64,000 bases of DNA from Candidatus Omnitrophota bacterium (GCA_030649895.1 JAUSEX010000052.1:80988-144987); one strand, 5' to 3'; positions 50,427 through 59,449 are shown, counted from the stretch's first letter. A program made the numbers and translations. Notes: a model not told the origin generated them from the letters alone.

Positions 50427-53294
50427 TTAGTTAAGAGCGGCAATGATACCAACGCCCATTACTATGCGGGAAAGGATTTCTACTGTATCCTTAAGAAGCT
50501 GGCCCGGTGGAGTCCAGTATTTGAACTCCTGCGGGATGACTATGGTGTCTCCACGCTCTACAAACTTCGTCATCATGAATTTATTAATAGCCTCGCCATT
50601 GGCGCGGACAACGTAGACGCCGCTTTTATCAGCGTGTTTAGTCATGCCGCCTGTGCGCTGGACATAGTAGTCTATACCCTTGCCTACTTCAAAAGGAACT
50701 GAGGTAGGGTTATTTACGCTGCCTATGACAGTAACAGCTGAAGGCGACTCAGGTATAGTAATGGAATCGCCATCTTCCAGGGGAATATCATACTTACTAT
50801 GCTTTAGCTGGTCAAGAGGCACAAGCGCTATGACCATGCGGCCTTCTATATCAGCCTCAGATATCATCTCCATCATATCTATTCTGGCTCTCACAGACTG
50901 GGTGATAGAATCTGCTCCGGCTGCGCTTCCAGCCCTTAATAGCATCGCCTGCTGTTCTTCCATAATAGTACGCTGTTCTTTTTCCAAGAATTTCTTACGC
51001 ATTTTTTCCTGAACTTCTTTTATAGACTTACGGGTAAATACAGCTCCCGGTAAAAATGCATCCTGGGTATATCCGCCAGCTCTCGCTATAAGATCGCTAA
51101 GCCGCTCTCCCTGTATAACAGGATATGTGCCTGGGAATCTCACCTGGCCTTTTATAGTAACCATCTTTTTCTCAGTGAGCTTAGGCTCGCGCTTCACAAA
51201 AAGCGTGTCGCCTGCCTGCAAAATAATGTCCTTATCTATCGCTATATTAGCTCCGAAAATCCTCTTTACGCCAATCTCTCTCACAACAGGCTGTTCGCCA
51301 GGGACAATATGAAATAACTCTGCGCCTCTAATAAAATCCCCTGAAGTAACGCCTCCTGCTCTAAAAATAAGGTCTGAGATTTTCATATTAGGAGTAAGCT
51401 CGTATTTGCCGGGCTTATTAACCGCTCCATCTATTTCCACGAATGAAGGGGCAGAGACTTCTGCCTCCGAGTAAATTAAAAGTATATCCCACTCTTTTAA
51501 AGAGATATTCTCGTCTTTACCGCCCAGCATCATCTTATTTAAATTAATAGGTATGATCTCGCGAGAGCGGTCTTCAGAGACGCGCGCGATTTCAGCCCTG
51601 TATAAAAACGAGCCGGGCATAAAACCCTTTGCCATCTCTATTAATTTTTCCACAGACATATCCTCTTTAAGGCCATAATCACCGGGATTCTCGACATTGC
51701 CTAATATGGTAACAAACTCATGTTTAAGCCGGACAATGGGAGAAACCATAACCATGTCGCCATTATGAAGATTAATATCTTTAAAATTGCCGTTTTTTAA
51801 CTTAATATCCACCACCACCCTGCGCTCATTATCCTCAATACGCTCAACCTGAATATGCTGAAGATTACCCGTAGGAGTAATACCGCCTGCAAATTCCATG
51901 AGATCGCTTAAAGAAATATCGCTTTTGGTTTCATATATAGCGGGGCGCTTAACATTCCCTGAAACACCAACCACATCGCCTATAGAAGGAACAAATATAG
52001 TATCGCCTGATTGTACTATAGAATTATCAGCCTGCTCGCCTTTTAATAAAAACTGATACAGGTCTATTTCTCTTGATTTACCGTTTGGTGAAGCGATTTT
52101 TATTTTACGCATAGAACCCATCTTCGTTGGGCCGCCTGCCTCATAAAGCGCCTGGAATACGCTCGACTGAGAGCTTACAGTATATGCGCCTGGCTTTTTA
52201 ACCTCGCCCATTACAAATACTCGGATACTGCGAAGCTTACCCATGGAGACATCTACATTGAAATTAGTATAATATTGATTCAGGCGCTGGGTAATGCGGG
52301 CCTCTGCTTCCTTAAGCTTCATGCCCCATATATAAAGCGGGCCTGACTTAGGAAGCATGATTTTACCTTCCCTGTCAACCTCTACAGGGAAGCTTTCCTG
52401 CACGCTACCCCAGATATTAATAAGAAGTGTATCGCCCGGGCCTACAACATAATCAGCGTTTACAGGAACAACTACAGAATCTTCCGCGCCTGTGACTTGA
52501 CTAGAGGAAAAACCTGCATCCTGGCCACCCTGGCCGCCAAGAGCGGTCTTTAGCATGCCAAGAGCTGCCAGAGACTCCATGGATTTAACAGCCTGGGAAC
52601 CTTCGCCATTTCCTTCCCCGCCTTTTTTAGGCCTACCTGCGGATAAAAATAATTCGTAGCCAAACTGTTTTAAGTCTTTCTGCGCGCCAAAAGAAATGGC
52701 CTTTGAAAAACTGGATTCTATATTGGATGGTTCCTCTAATAAGGCCAGGCCAGATTTAGATTTTGCCTGATCCAGCAGGTCTCCTTCAGGAAAAAATACA
52801 AAACCATCGTAAGGGCATGTAAGCTGCTGGCGAAGTTTATATTCAACCTGGTCCATGGATTCCTGGGTAGCGAGAGCAGTTTTAACAGCATCTTCTTTTT
52901 TAATATTTTTATCTTTGGCGTCGCCCCCGAGCTTAAAAAGGCTGAAAAGTTTATCCTGTTTCTTTAATTCTTTTACCTTATCCTGATCATCTTTTAAGCT
53001 GTCTTTAATATCTATGCCATCTTTTTTATATACGTTTAATTCTTTTTTAACCTCATACTGGACCCAGCGGGAATGAGGACTATCCTTGCCAGGTATATAG
53101 AAAAACTCCATAAGGCAGCTTGGGCAGCGGATCTTCTTAAAAGAAACTATATCCATGCCTTTGGATTCGTCTACGAGGTAGCGCTCTTCCGAATCTCTGG
53201 CGCTCTGATATGAAAATGCGCCGGGTGGAAAAATAGTGGTTAGTAAAAATATTATAGCGCTAAAAAAATTGATAAAAGAAAATCTTTTGGACAT
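50427..53294 (-). CDS. Wza-like polysaccharide export protein (Poly_export domain plus multiple SLBB repeats) with a roughly 270-aa N-terminal extension
   Basis: VVGPGDTLLINIWGSVQ...REGKIMLP. Repeated SLBB-like units. N-terminal signal/TM. Confidence 0.8.
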   Translation of the reverse strand: MSKRFSFINFFSAIIFLLTTIFPPGAFSYQSARDSEERYLVDESKGMDIVSFKKIRCPSCLMEFFYIPGKDSPHSRWVQYEVKKELNVYKKDGIDIKDSLKDDQDKVKELKKQDKLFSLFKLGGDAKDKNIKKEDAVKTALATQESMDQVEYKLRQQLTCPYDGFVFFPEGDLLDQAKSKSGLALLEEPSNIESSFSKAISFGAQKDLKQFGYELFLSAGRPKKGGEGNGEGSQAVKSMESLAALGMLKTALGGQGGQDAGFSSSQVTGAEDSVVVPVNADYVVGPGDTLLINIWGSVQESFPVEVDREGKIMLPKSGPLYIWGMKLKEAEARITQRLNQYYTNFNVDVSMGKLRSIRVFVMGEVKKPGAYTVSSQSSVFQALYEAGGPTKMGSMRKIKIASPNGKSREIDLYQFLLKGEQADNSIVQSGDTIFVPSIGDVVGVSGNVKRPAIYETKSDISLSDLMEFAGGITPTGNLQHIQVERIEDNERRVVVDIKLKNGNFKDINLHNGDMVMVSPIVRLKHEFVTILGNVENPGDYGLKEDMSVEKLIEMAKGFMPGSFLYRAEIARVSEDRSREIIPINLNKMMLGGKDENISLKEWDILLIYSEAEVSAPSFVEIDGAVNKPGKYELTPNMKISDLIFRAGGVTSGDFIRGAELFHIVPGEQPVVREIGVKRIFGANIAIDKDIILQAGDTLFVKREPKLTEKKMVTIKGQVRFPGTYPVIQGERLSDLIARAGGYTQDAFLPGAVFTRKSIKEVQEKMRKKFLEKEQRTIMEEQQAMLLRAGSAAGADSITQSVRARIDMMEMISEADIEGRMVIALVPLDQLKHSKYDIPLEDGDSITIPESPSAVTVIGSVNNPTSVPFEVGKGIDYYVQRTGGMTKHADKSGVYVVRANGEAINKFMMTKFVERGDTIVIPQEFKYWTPPGQLLKDTVEILSRIVMGVGIIAALN

Positions 53295-53321
53295 TTAAAA
53301 CCTCCTGTTATAACCTCACCA

Positions 53322-53352
53322 CCTACGGGGAGGCCTATGGCCACCCCGTAGG
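53322..53352. repeat. GC-rich palindromic element G3
   Basis: CCTACGGGGAGGCC-TAT-GGCCACCCCGTAGG. Confidence 0.65.
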
Positions 53353-53355
53353 CGT

Positions 53356-53553
53356 TTATTTATATTTTTTTAATACTATCCTTCCATCAGGCATGAGATG
53401 ATATACTCTGCCGTAAAGGGAAAAAGACGTAGGTATACCGAGCTTTTTATTCTCTTCTACTATCTTTCTATGCACCTTTCTAGACTTTGCCATATCATCT
53501 ATTAAATCTTTATATATAGCTAATGGTAAATTGTCTTGTTTAGCTTTAACCAT
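53356..53553 (-). CDS. Hypothetical 65-aa protein. Overlaps the upstream kinase-like gene by 8 nt.
   Basis: Small ORF translationally coupled to 53546..54097. Confidence 0.35.
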   Translation of the reverse strand: MVKAKQDNLPLAIYKDLIDDMAKSRKVHRKIVEENKKLGIPTSFSLYGRVYHLMPDGRIVLKKYK

Positions 53554-54097
53554 GATTAACCGCCTCTTTAAAAATATCGAATTCAGACTCGTTTATTAAA
53601 TTAAAACTTCCGTTAATGCCTACTGCTATAGTTTCAGATTCAAGCTGATTATTATTAATTATACTCCATTTAGAAGCATAAAATCTATACTTATTCCAAA
53701 AGTTATAAGCGCTTCTATAATAGCGCCTTATAACATCTTCATTAGCTACCATATGACCGCCTTTGGCAACTCTTTCTCTTATCCTTTCTATAAGTAATTC
53801 TATCGGATAGGCGAATAAATAAAAAATTATTACAGTATACTTTTCTTTCTTAAGGCTTTCAAATCTTTTGGACAAGCCTATGCCAGACATAGTAGTTTCG
53901 AATGAAAAATCCTTATTTTCTGCAATAGATTTGCTTATTAAACGAAGCGACTCTTTGCCAGCATCTATATATGAAAGTTTTTTATCTTTTTTAATATCAT
54001 CTGCATTAATAAAAATAAATCCTGGCTCAATAATGCTCTTAGCAAAAGTTGTCTTACCGCTTCCATTAGCTCCGGCAAAGATTAAAACTTTTGGCAT
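53546..54097 (-). CDS. Zeta-toxin-like / AAA_33 P-loop kinase
   Basis: VLIFAGANGSGKTT Walker A. C-terminal AKGGHMV...IRRYY typical of zeta/PezT-like kinases. Confidence 0.55.
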   Translation of the reverse strand: MPKVLIFAGANGSGKTTFAKSIIEPGFIFINADDIKKDKKLSYIDAGKESLRLISKSIAENKDFSFETTMSGIGLSKRFESLKKEKYTVIIFYLFAYPIELLIERIRERVAKGGHMVANEDVIRRYYRSAYNFWNKYRFYASKWSIINNNQLESETIAVGINGSFNLINESEFDIFKEAVNHG

Positions 54098-54099
54098 AT

Positions 54100-55680
54100 T
54101 TAAAATTTCCTTGTGACCTCAGCGCCTACTATATGATTATTGGCTGTGGAGCCGGTGTTTTCAAAATTTGTGATATCGTCAAGTTCGTAGAATAGCGTTA
54201 CTTCTACATCTTTTATATTATACATATTTAAGGCATTAGTTAAACTAAATTCTAATCTTATTTGATTTGTGGTTTCTATGAGGGCTTTGGTAAGGCCACG
54301 CCTCATATGGCTGAAAGTGACGCTGAATTTATACTCATCCGGAAAATTAAATATGCCTGTAACCGCCATATCCTCTGAATCGCCTCCCGCGTGATGGCCT
54401 ATGAAGTTCCCTTTATGCATATAACCTGTGACGTATTTAAAATGCTCGTAAAAAACTTTATGAAACCTGGCAATCTCGGCTTTTACGTCAAAACCAGGGA
54501 TTTTAAAGACGTCTGTAAAATAAGCGCCGGTTATAGACGAAAGATCTATGGGAATACTTTTAGATTCGTCTTCCGCGCCCCATTCAGTGTAGAGCTTCGC
54601 GCCTGTTGCAATAGGTAAAAATCTATCAATCCGCCTTAAAAAAAGCTGAGCATCCCATGACATGATGTGGTTTTCCGGATCATCCGCTCCTCCGCCCGAG
54701 CTAAAAAAAAGCGAGCTATTGCCCACAAAATCATGAATGCCATACATATTAACACCCTTACCGCCAAGCATAAGGATATGACCTACTCCAAACTTTAAAA
54801 ATTCCATGGGTATAAAATCCAGTTTCCAGCCTGTAAATATAGGGTGAGAAGGATTAAACTTTTTCTCTAGCCTCGATATAAACCATGTGCCGCTCCATCT
54901 GCCCATCTTTTTAAATACCCAGGGAAGCCTGAAAGGCCAGATATTATTGATCCTCAAGGTGTCCATGGGAAATGCATTGTCAGTCATAAGAACTGAGCCA
55001 TGAAAACCCGGGCCCCACCACATGGAAGATCTGCCTATGGCGTACTCTGTATTCCAACCCGGAGGATTCAGCCTAAGATGAGCGTCTTCTATATTAACGT
55101 CAGTATCTTCGCCGGAATATCTGATGCCAGGCGTTACAGATACAGCGCTTATATCAGATAACTTAGCCCACGCCGTAGCCTTGACTCTGGCGTTAAATCC
55201 GTCTTTCAGGATCCAGCCGTCTTTATTTTCAAAGAGCATGCGGTCTTTATCAAGCTTAGCGTATACTTTTTCAATCTTTATGTCATTCAGAATATTTAGC
55301 GTATTTTTCGGAAGCGGCTTGTCAAAAGTGCTCGCAACCTCAACGCCTATGCCGACAAGCTCTACCCTGAACTCGCCTATAAGTTTATTTAATAAAGCCT
55401 CTAAATAATCCTGCTCGTTCCATTCAAATTCTTTATCGTAATCCCGGGCTTTATCAATGGCTGTCTTTACAATGTAAGCCATTTTTATGCGGGAGACCGG
55501 ACGAACGCCGATGTCAGCTATATCGCAAAGACCTATGATCGCGAGTTTTTCAATAGCGTCATAGCTCCAGTGCCTCAAAGGCACATCAACCGAAGGCGAT
55601 GCGTTGAGGATACAGGGAGATAAAAGAGTAAAAAATAAAATTATTAAAAATAGGCCGCTTTGCTTTGCTCTTAATGACAT
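54100..55680 (-). CDS. Outer-membrane beta-barrel protein (Wzi/porin-like). Start moved to the internal MSLRAKQ, because the track start runs into repeat R4.
   Basis: Signal peptide LFLIILFFTLLSPCILNA. Beta-rich. C-terminal ...VTRKF aromatic terminus. Confidence 0.5.
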   Translation of the reverse strand: MSLRAKQSGLFLIILFFTLLSPCILNASPSVDVPLRHWSYDAIEKLAIIGLCDIADIGVRPVSRIKMAYIVKTAIDKARDYDKEFEWNEQDYLEALLNKLIGEFRVELVGIGVEVASTFDKPLPKNTLNILNDIKIEKVYAKLDKDRMLFENKDGWILKDGFNARVKATAWAKLSDISAVSVTPGIRYSGEDTDVNIEDAHLRLNPPGWNTEYAIGRSSMWWGPGFHGSVLMTDNAFPMDTLRINNIWPFRLPWVFKKMGRWSGTWFISRLEKKFNPSHPIFTGWKLDFIPMEFLKFGVGHILMLGGKGVNMYGIHDFVGNSSLFFSSGGGADDPENHIMSWDAQLFLRRIDRFLPIATGAKLYTEWGAEDESKSIPIDLSSITGAYFTDVFKIPGFDVKAEIARFHKVFYEHFKYVTGYMHKGNFIGHHAGGDSEDMAVTGIFNFPDEYKFSVTFSHMRRGLTKALIETTNQIRLEFSLTNALNMYNIKDVEVTLFYELDDITNFENTGSTANNHIVGAEVTRKF

Positions 55681-55686
55681 TTGATT

Positions 55687-55758
55687 ACTTCTCGACTCAG
55701 GCAAAATATTCTTCGAGCTTGTCGAGAAGAATATTTTGCCTTCGCTCGAAGAATATTA
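55687..55758. repeat. Intergenic palindromic element copy R4. It has an internal 14-bp inverted repeat, and its end overlaps the uxs stop.
   Basis: ACTTCTCGACTCAGGCAAAATATTCTTCGAGC-TT-GTCGAGAAGAATATTTTGCC-TTCGCTCGAAGAATATTA. Confidence 0.7.
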
Positions 55759-56685
55759 TCCTCTTTTGAACCAATCTATTGTTTCTTTTAAGCCTTTTTC
55801 CAGGTCAACCTTTGGGGACCAGCTCAGGAACTTGCTGGCCCTCTTAATATCAGGCTGCCTCTGTTTCGGGTCATCCACAGGAAGAGGATTGTAAATAATT
55901 TTACTTTTGCTGTTAGTAAGCTTAATAATTAATTTTGCCAGGTCTATGATTTTTAGCTCATGAGGATTGCCGATATTCACAGGATCGTGGACATCGGACT
56001 GGCTAAGGCGGAAAATGCCCTCTATGAGGTCTGAGAAAAAACAAAGAGACCTGGTCTGATCGCCTTTACCATAAACAGTGATAGGCTCGTTTTTTAACGC
56101 CTGGGTGATAAAATTCGGTATAACACGGCCGTCGTTTTTTCTCATCCTGGGGCCGTAAGTATTAAAAATACGGACTATCTTTGTATCGAGCTTATGAAAA
56201 TTATGATACGCCATGGTAATGGCTTCTGCAAAGCGCTTTGCCTCGTCGTAGACTCCCCTGGGGCCTACGCAATTAACGTGGCCATAATAAGACTCGGGCT
56301 GAGGATTTACCTTAGGGTCGCCATACACTTCGGAAGTGGAGGCTAAAAGATACTTTGCATTTTTAGCTTTTGCCACGCCAAGGGTGTTATGCGTGCCAAG
56401 AGAACCGACTTTTAACGTCGGTATAGGGTGCATGAGATAATCGATAGGGCTCGCTGGCGAAGCAAAGTGCAGGATAAGATCGACCCCGTCCTTTAAATCT
56501 ATATATTCAGATACATTATGTTTTATAAATTTAAAATCAGGATTTTTCTCAAGGTGAGAAATATTGGCAAGGCTTCCGGTTATAAGATTATCCATACAAA
56601 TAACCTTATAGCCTTCTTTTAAGAACCTGTCGCATAAGTGGGAGCCTAAAAAACCAGCTCCGCCGGTTATTAATACAGTTTTCAT
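55756..56685 (-). CDS. uxs: UDP-glucuronate decarboxylase (UDP-xylose synthase)
   Basis: [17 protein letters not shown]...STSEVYGDP...IFNTYGPRM. Confidence 0.85.
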   Translation of the reverse strand: MKTVLITGGAGFLGSHLCDRFLKEGYKVICMDNLITGSLANISHLEKNPDFKFIKHNVSEYIDLKDGVDLILHFASPASPIDYLMHPIPTLKVGSLGTHNTLGVAKAKNAKYLLASTSEVYGDPKVNPQPESYYGHVNCVGPRGVYDEAKRFAEAITMAYHNFHKLDTKIVRIFNTYGPRMRKNDGRVIPNFITQALKNEPITVYGKGDQTRSLCFFSDLIEGIFRLSQSDVHDPVNIGNPHELKIIDLAKLIIKLTNSKSKIIYNPLPVDDPKQRQPDIKRASKFLSWSPKVDLEKGLKETIDWFKRG

Positions 56686-56695
56686 AAATACCTTG

Positions 56696-56801
56696 TCTTC
56701 TCGACTCGCTTCGCTCGCTCGAAGAATATTAGTTCGCTCGCTAGAAGAATATTAGTTCGCTCGCTCGAAGAATATTAGTTTGCTCGCTCGAAGAATATTA
56801 G
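56696..56801. repeat. Intergenic palindromic element copy R5: an outer arm plus 4 tandem 23-bp units. The last unit overlaps the gmd stop.
   Basis: CTTCTCGACTCGC followed by (TTCGCTCGCTCGAAGAATATTAG) x4 at 56710-56801, with single-base variants. Confidence 0.75.
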
Positions 56802-57772
56802 TTTGCCTTTAATCTCTTTAAATCCTCATACACCATTATTTTTACAAGCTCTTCGAATTTTACTTTTGGCTTCCAGCCTAATACGCGCTTTGCTTTGGAT
56901 GAATTGCCTATAAGTAGATTAACCTCAGCCGGCCTAAAGAGCTCTTTATCCTGCTTTACGTATTTTTTCCAATTAAGGCCAGCGTGGCCGAACGCAAGCT
57001 CTACGAATCTTTTTACCGTATGAGTTTCGCCCGTAGCTACCACGTAATCATCCGGCTTTTTCTCCTGCAGCATAAGATACATGGCCTCAACAAAATCGCC
57101 TGCAAAGCCCCAGTCGCGCTTAGCGTCCAGATTTCCGAGTTTTAATTCATTGGCAAGGCCCGCTTTGATGCGCGCCACGCCAAGAGTAATCTTACGGGTC
57201 ACAAATTCATATCCTCTCATAGGGGATTCATGGTTGAACAAAATACCATTACAAGCAAATAAGCCGTATGCTTCGCGGTAATTACGCGTAAGCTCAAAAC
57301 CAGCGACCTTGGAAATACCGTAAGGAGACCTCGGGTGAAAAGGTGTGGTCTCTTTCTGAGGCACTTCCCTTACCTTGCCGAACATCTCGGACGATCCGGC
57401 AAAATAAAATTTACATTTAGGCGCCCTGTGTTTTATGGCTGAAAGCATAAAGAGGGTGCCGTTAATATTAGTATTGATCGTGGAGAATTCGTCTTCAAAT
57501 GAATAGCTTACAAAGCTCTGCGCCGCCAGGTGGTAGCATTCGTCAGGCTTTACTTTCTGGACGATATTAAAGAGGCTGGCGTAGCTTTCTAAAGATCCGG
57601 CGTGCAGTTTTATTTTATGCAGAATAGGCTTTAAGCGCCATAATCTATGGTCAGGATCTTCTAATGCCACACGCCGCACTATGCCATGGACCTGATAGCC
57701 TTTATCTAATAATAATTTGGAAAGATACGCGCCATCCTGGCCTGTGATGCCTGTGATTAAAGCTTTTTTCAT
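56798..57772 (-). CDS. gmd: GDP-mannose 4,6-dehydratase
   Basis: ALITGITGQDGAYLSKLLLDKGYQVHGI...NHESPMRGYEFVTRKIT...LGNLDAKRDWG. Confidence 0.9.
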   Translation of the reverse strand: MKKALITGITGQDGAYLSKLLLDKGYQVHGIVRRVALEDPDHRLWRLKPILHKIKLHAGSLESYASLFNIVQKVKPDECYHLAAQSFVSYSFEDEFSTINTNINGTLFMLSAIKHRAPKCKFYFAGSSEMFGKVREVPQKETTPFHPRSPYGISKVAGFELTRNYREAYGLFACNGILFNHESPMRGYEFVTRKITLGVARIKAGLANELKLGNLDAKRDWGFAGDFVEAMYLMLQEKKPDDYVVATGETHTVKRFVELAFGHAGLNWKKYVKQDKELFRPAEVNLLIGNSSKAKRVLGWKPKVKFEELVKIMVYEDLKRLKAN

Positions 57773-57893
57773 AGTTTACCCTCCATAGAAAGTGTATTTA
57801 ATTATAGTATATTAAGGTAATATGCGCAAGAACAAATTCCAGGTTTAAGCATAATGGGGAAACATGGAGCAGCACGTAGGACGCAAAGAGCTT

Positions 57894-58145
57894 CTAACGA
57901 TATGCTTCTTTGCGATGTTTTACCCTATATATCGTAATAAGTTTCTGACTATCATCTATCGTGTACAATATACGATAATCTCCGATCCTAACACGCCAGC
58001 CGACTTCTCCTGTCAGTTTCTTTGAGCCATGCGGTCGAGGGTTAAGTTTTAAATTCTTGATTGTATCTATAACACGTTGGATTGCATCGTTAGGAAGGCA
58101 TTCTGTTTCTTTGGCGGCTTTATGCTCAATAATAATTCTATACAT
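57894..58145 (-). CDS. RelE/ParE-family type II toxin
   Basis: GDYRILYTIDDSQKLITIYRVKHRKEAY. Confidence 0.8.
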   Translation of the reverse strand: MYRIIIEHKAAKETECLPNDAIQRVIDTIKNLKLNPRPHGSKKLTGEVGWRVRIGDYRILYTIDDSQKLITIYRVKHRKEAYR

Positions 58146-58351
58146 TACTGTATGCGGCCTTGTTTTTTAAGCTTAGCGGTAAACTTTCCGAAATCAATAA
58201 AATCCTTGGCATCCTTTTTTGCTTTTTTCAGATCAAGAGCGTCTTCCATGTCTTCAAGATACTCCAATAATTTAATATAATTACGAATAGGCAAAACTAC
58301 AGATTTTTTTTTACCCTTTTGATCAACAAGATACTCTGTTTGAATAACCAT
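58145..58351 (-). CDS. Antitoxin partner of the RelE/ParE toxin (1-nt overlap, upstream position)
   Basis: 68-aa acidic protein directly upstream of and overlapping the toxin gene. Confidence 0.5.
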   Translation of the reverse strand: MVIQTEYLVDQKGKKKSVVLPIRNYIKLLEYLEDMEDALDLKKAKKDAKDFIDFGKFTAKLKKQGRIQ

Positions 58352-58371
58352 ATTTCATCCTCCTGTACGCA

Positions 58372-58399
58372 AGTTTAACATAATACAGAAAAATTGCAA
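58372..58399 (-). promoter_or_regulatory. Candidate sigma70 promoter for the toxin-antitoxin pair
   Basis: Minus strand reads TTGCAA (58394-58399), then 16 nt, then TAAACT (58372-58377). AGGAGG RBS before the ATG at 58351. Confidence 0.35.
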
Positions 58400-58429
58400 G
58401 GGGAACTTTAGAGTCAGGCGAACCTGGAA

Positions 58430-59362
58430 CTATTTCAACTTACTAAAATATTCTATAGTTTTTTTAAGGCCCTCTTCAAAGCCGATTTCCGGCTTAAAGC
58501 CGATAAGTTTTTTGGCTTTAGAAATATCCGCGAGGGTATGCTTCGCATCTCCGGACCTTACGGGGCCAAACTTCGGCAATACGCTTTTTCCAAGAATCTT
58601 ATTTACATATTTAACTATATCAAGGACAGCGTATGCCTTGCCGCACGCAATATTAAAGACCTCGCACTTAACGCCGGGCGCAGTGGCTGATTTGATATTT
58701 GCCTGGACTACGTTTGCCACATATGTAAAATCCCTGGTCTGTTTGCCGTCGCCGTGGATAGGCGGAGGTTCATTCTTAAGTATACAGGTTATAAATTTAG
58801 GGATTACTACTGCGTATTCGTTTTCCAGGGACTGGCGCGGGCCAAAGACATTGAAATACCTGAGGTTTACTGTTTCAAGGCCGTAGATCAGGCTAAAAAT
58901 CCTGGAATAATACTCGCCTGCGAGCTTTGTAAGGCCGTAGGGCGAGATAAGCTGAGGTAAAAAATCCTCTTTCTCCGGAAGCTTGTCTACGTCTCCATAA
59001 ATAGAGCTGGAAGAAGCTGTAACTACCCTTTTTACTTTTGCGTTGCGAGCAGCCGTAAGAATATTAAGAGTGCCGTTGATATTGACGTCATTATAAAGCT
59101 CTGGATTCGCCAAAGACTTGGGGACACTTCTAAGGGCTGCCTGATGAAGAACGTAATCTACTCCCTCCACTGCCTTCGCGACAAGCTCTTTATTTCTAAT
59201 GTCGCCTTTTATAAGTTCTATCTTATTTAAAACTCCCTCGAGATTTTCCATGCGGCCGGAGCTAAAATCATCGATTACCTTTACCTTGTCGCCGTTTCCG
59301 ACCAATGCGCCTACTATGTGTGAACCTATAAAGCCTGCTCCGCCGGTGACTAAGAATTTCAT
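58430..59362 (-). CDS. NAD-dependent UDP-sugar 4-epimerase (WbpP/TviC/GalE-like)
   Basis: FLVTGGAGFIGSH...YGLTK. Confidence 0.8.
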   Translation of the reverse strand: MKFLVTGGAGFIGSHIVGALVGNGDKVKVIDDFSSGRMENLEGVLNKIELIKGDIRNKELVAKAVEGVDYVLHQAALRSVPKSLANPELYNDVNINGTLNILTAARNAKVKRVVTASSSSIYGDVDKLPEKEDFLPQLISPYGLTKLAGEYYSRIFSLIYGLETVNLRYFNVFGPRQSLENEYAVVIPKFITCILKNEPPPIHGDGKQTRDFTYVANVVQANIKSATAPGVKCEVFNIACGKAYAVLDIVKYVNKILGKSVLPKFGPVRSGDAKHTLADISKAKKLIGFKPEIGFEEGLKKTIEYFSKLK

Positions 59363-59379
59363 TATTTATCTCCTATTTA

Positions 59380-59449
59380 CTTCTCGACTCAGCCCTGCGG
59401 GCTTCGCTCGAAGAATATTGTTCGAGCGAACGAAGTGAGTCGAGAACTA
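59380..59449. repeat. Intergenic palindromic element copy R6, the full-length form (outer arms + GC hairpin + 28-bp palindrome)
   Basis: ACTTCTCGACTCA / AGCC-CTGC-GGCT / TTCGCTCGAAGAATATTGTTCGAGCGAA (59403-59430) / CGAAG / TGAGTCGAGAA. Confidence 0.8.

Noticed and set aside
53322-53352. GC-rich hairpins (G1-G3) as rho-independent terminators of the operon
   Set aside because: On the coding (minus) strand the hairpins are not followed immediately by a U-tract. The T-run after G3 is on the plus strand, so they are not classical terminators for the genes present.
56710-56801. Possible CRISPR array (regularly spaced 23-bp repeats)
   Set aside because: The repeats are directly adjacent with no unique spacers, there are only four units, and there are no cas genes. 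It is a tandem duplication of the intergenic element half-site.
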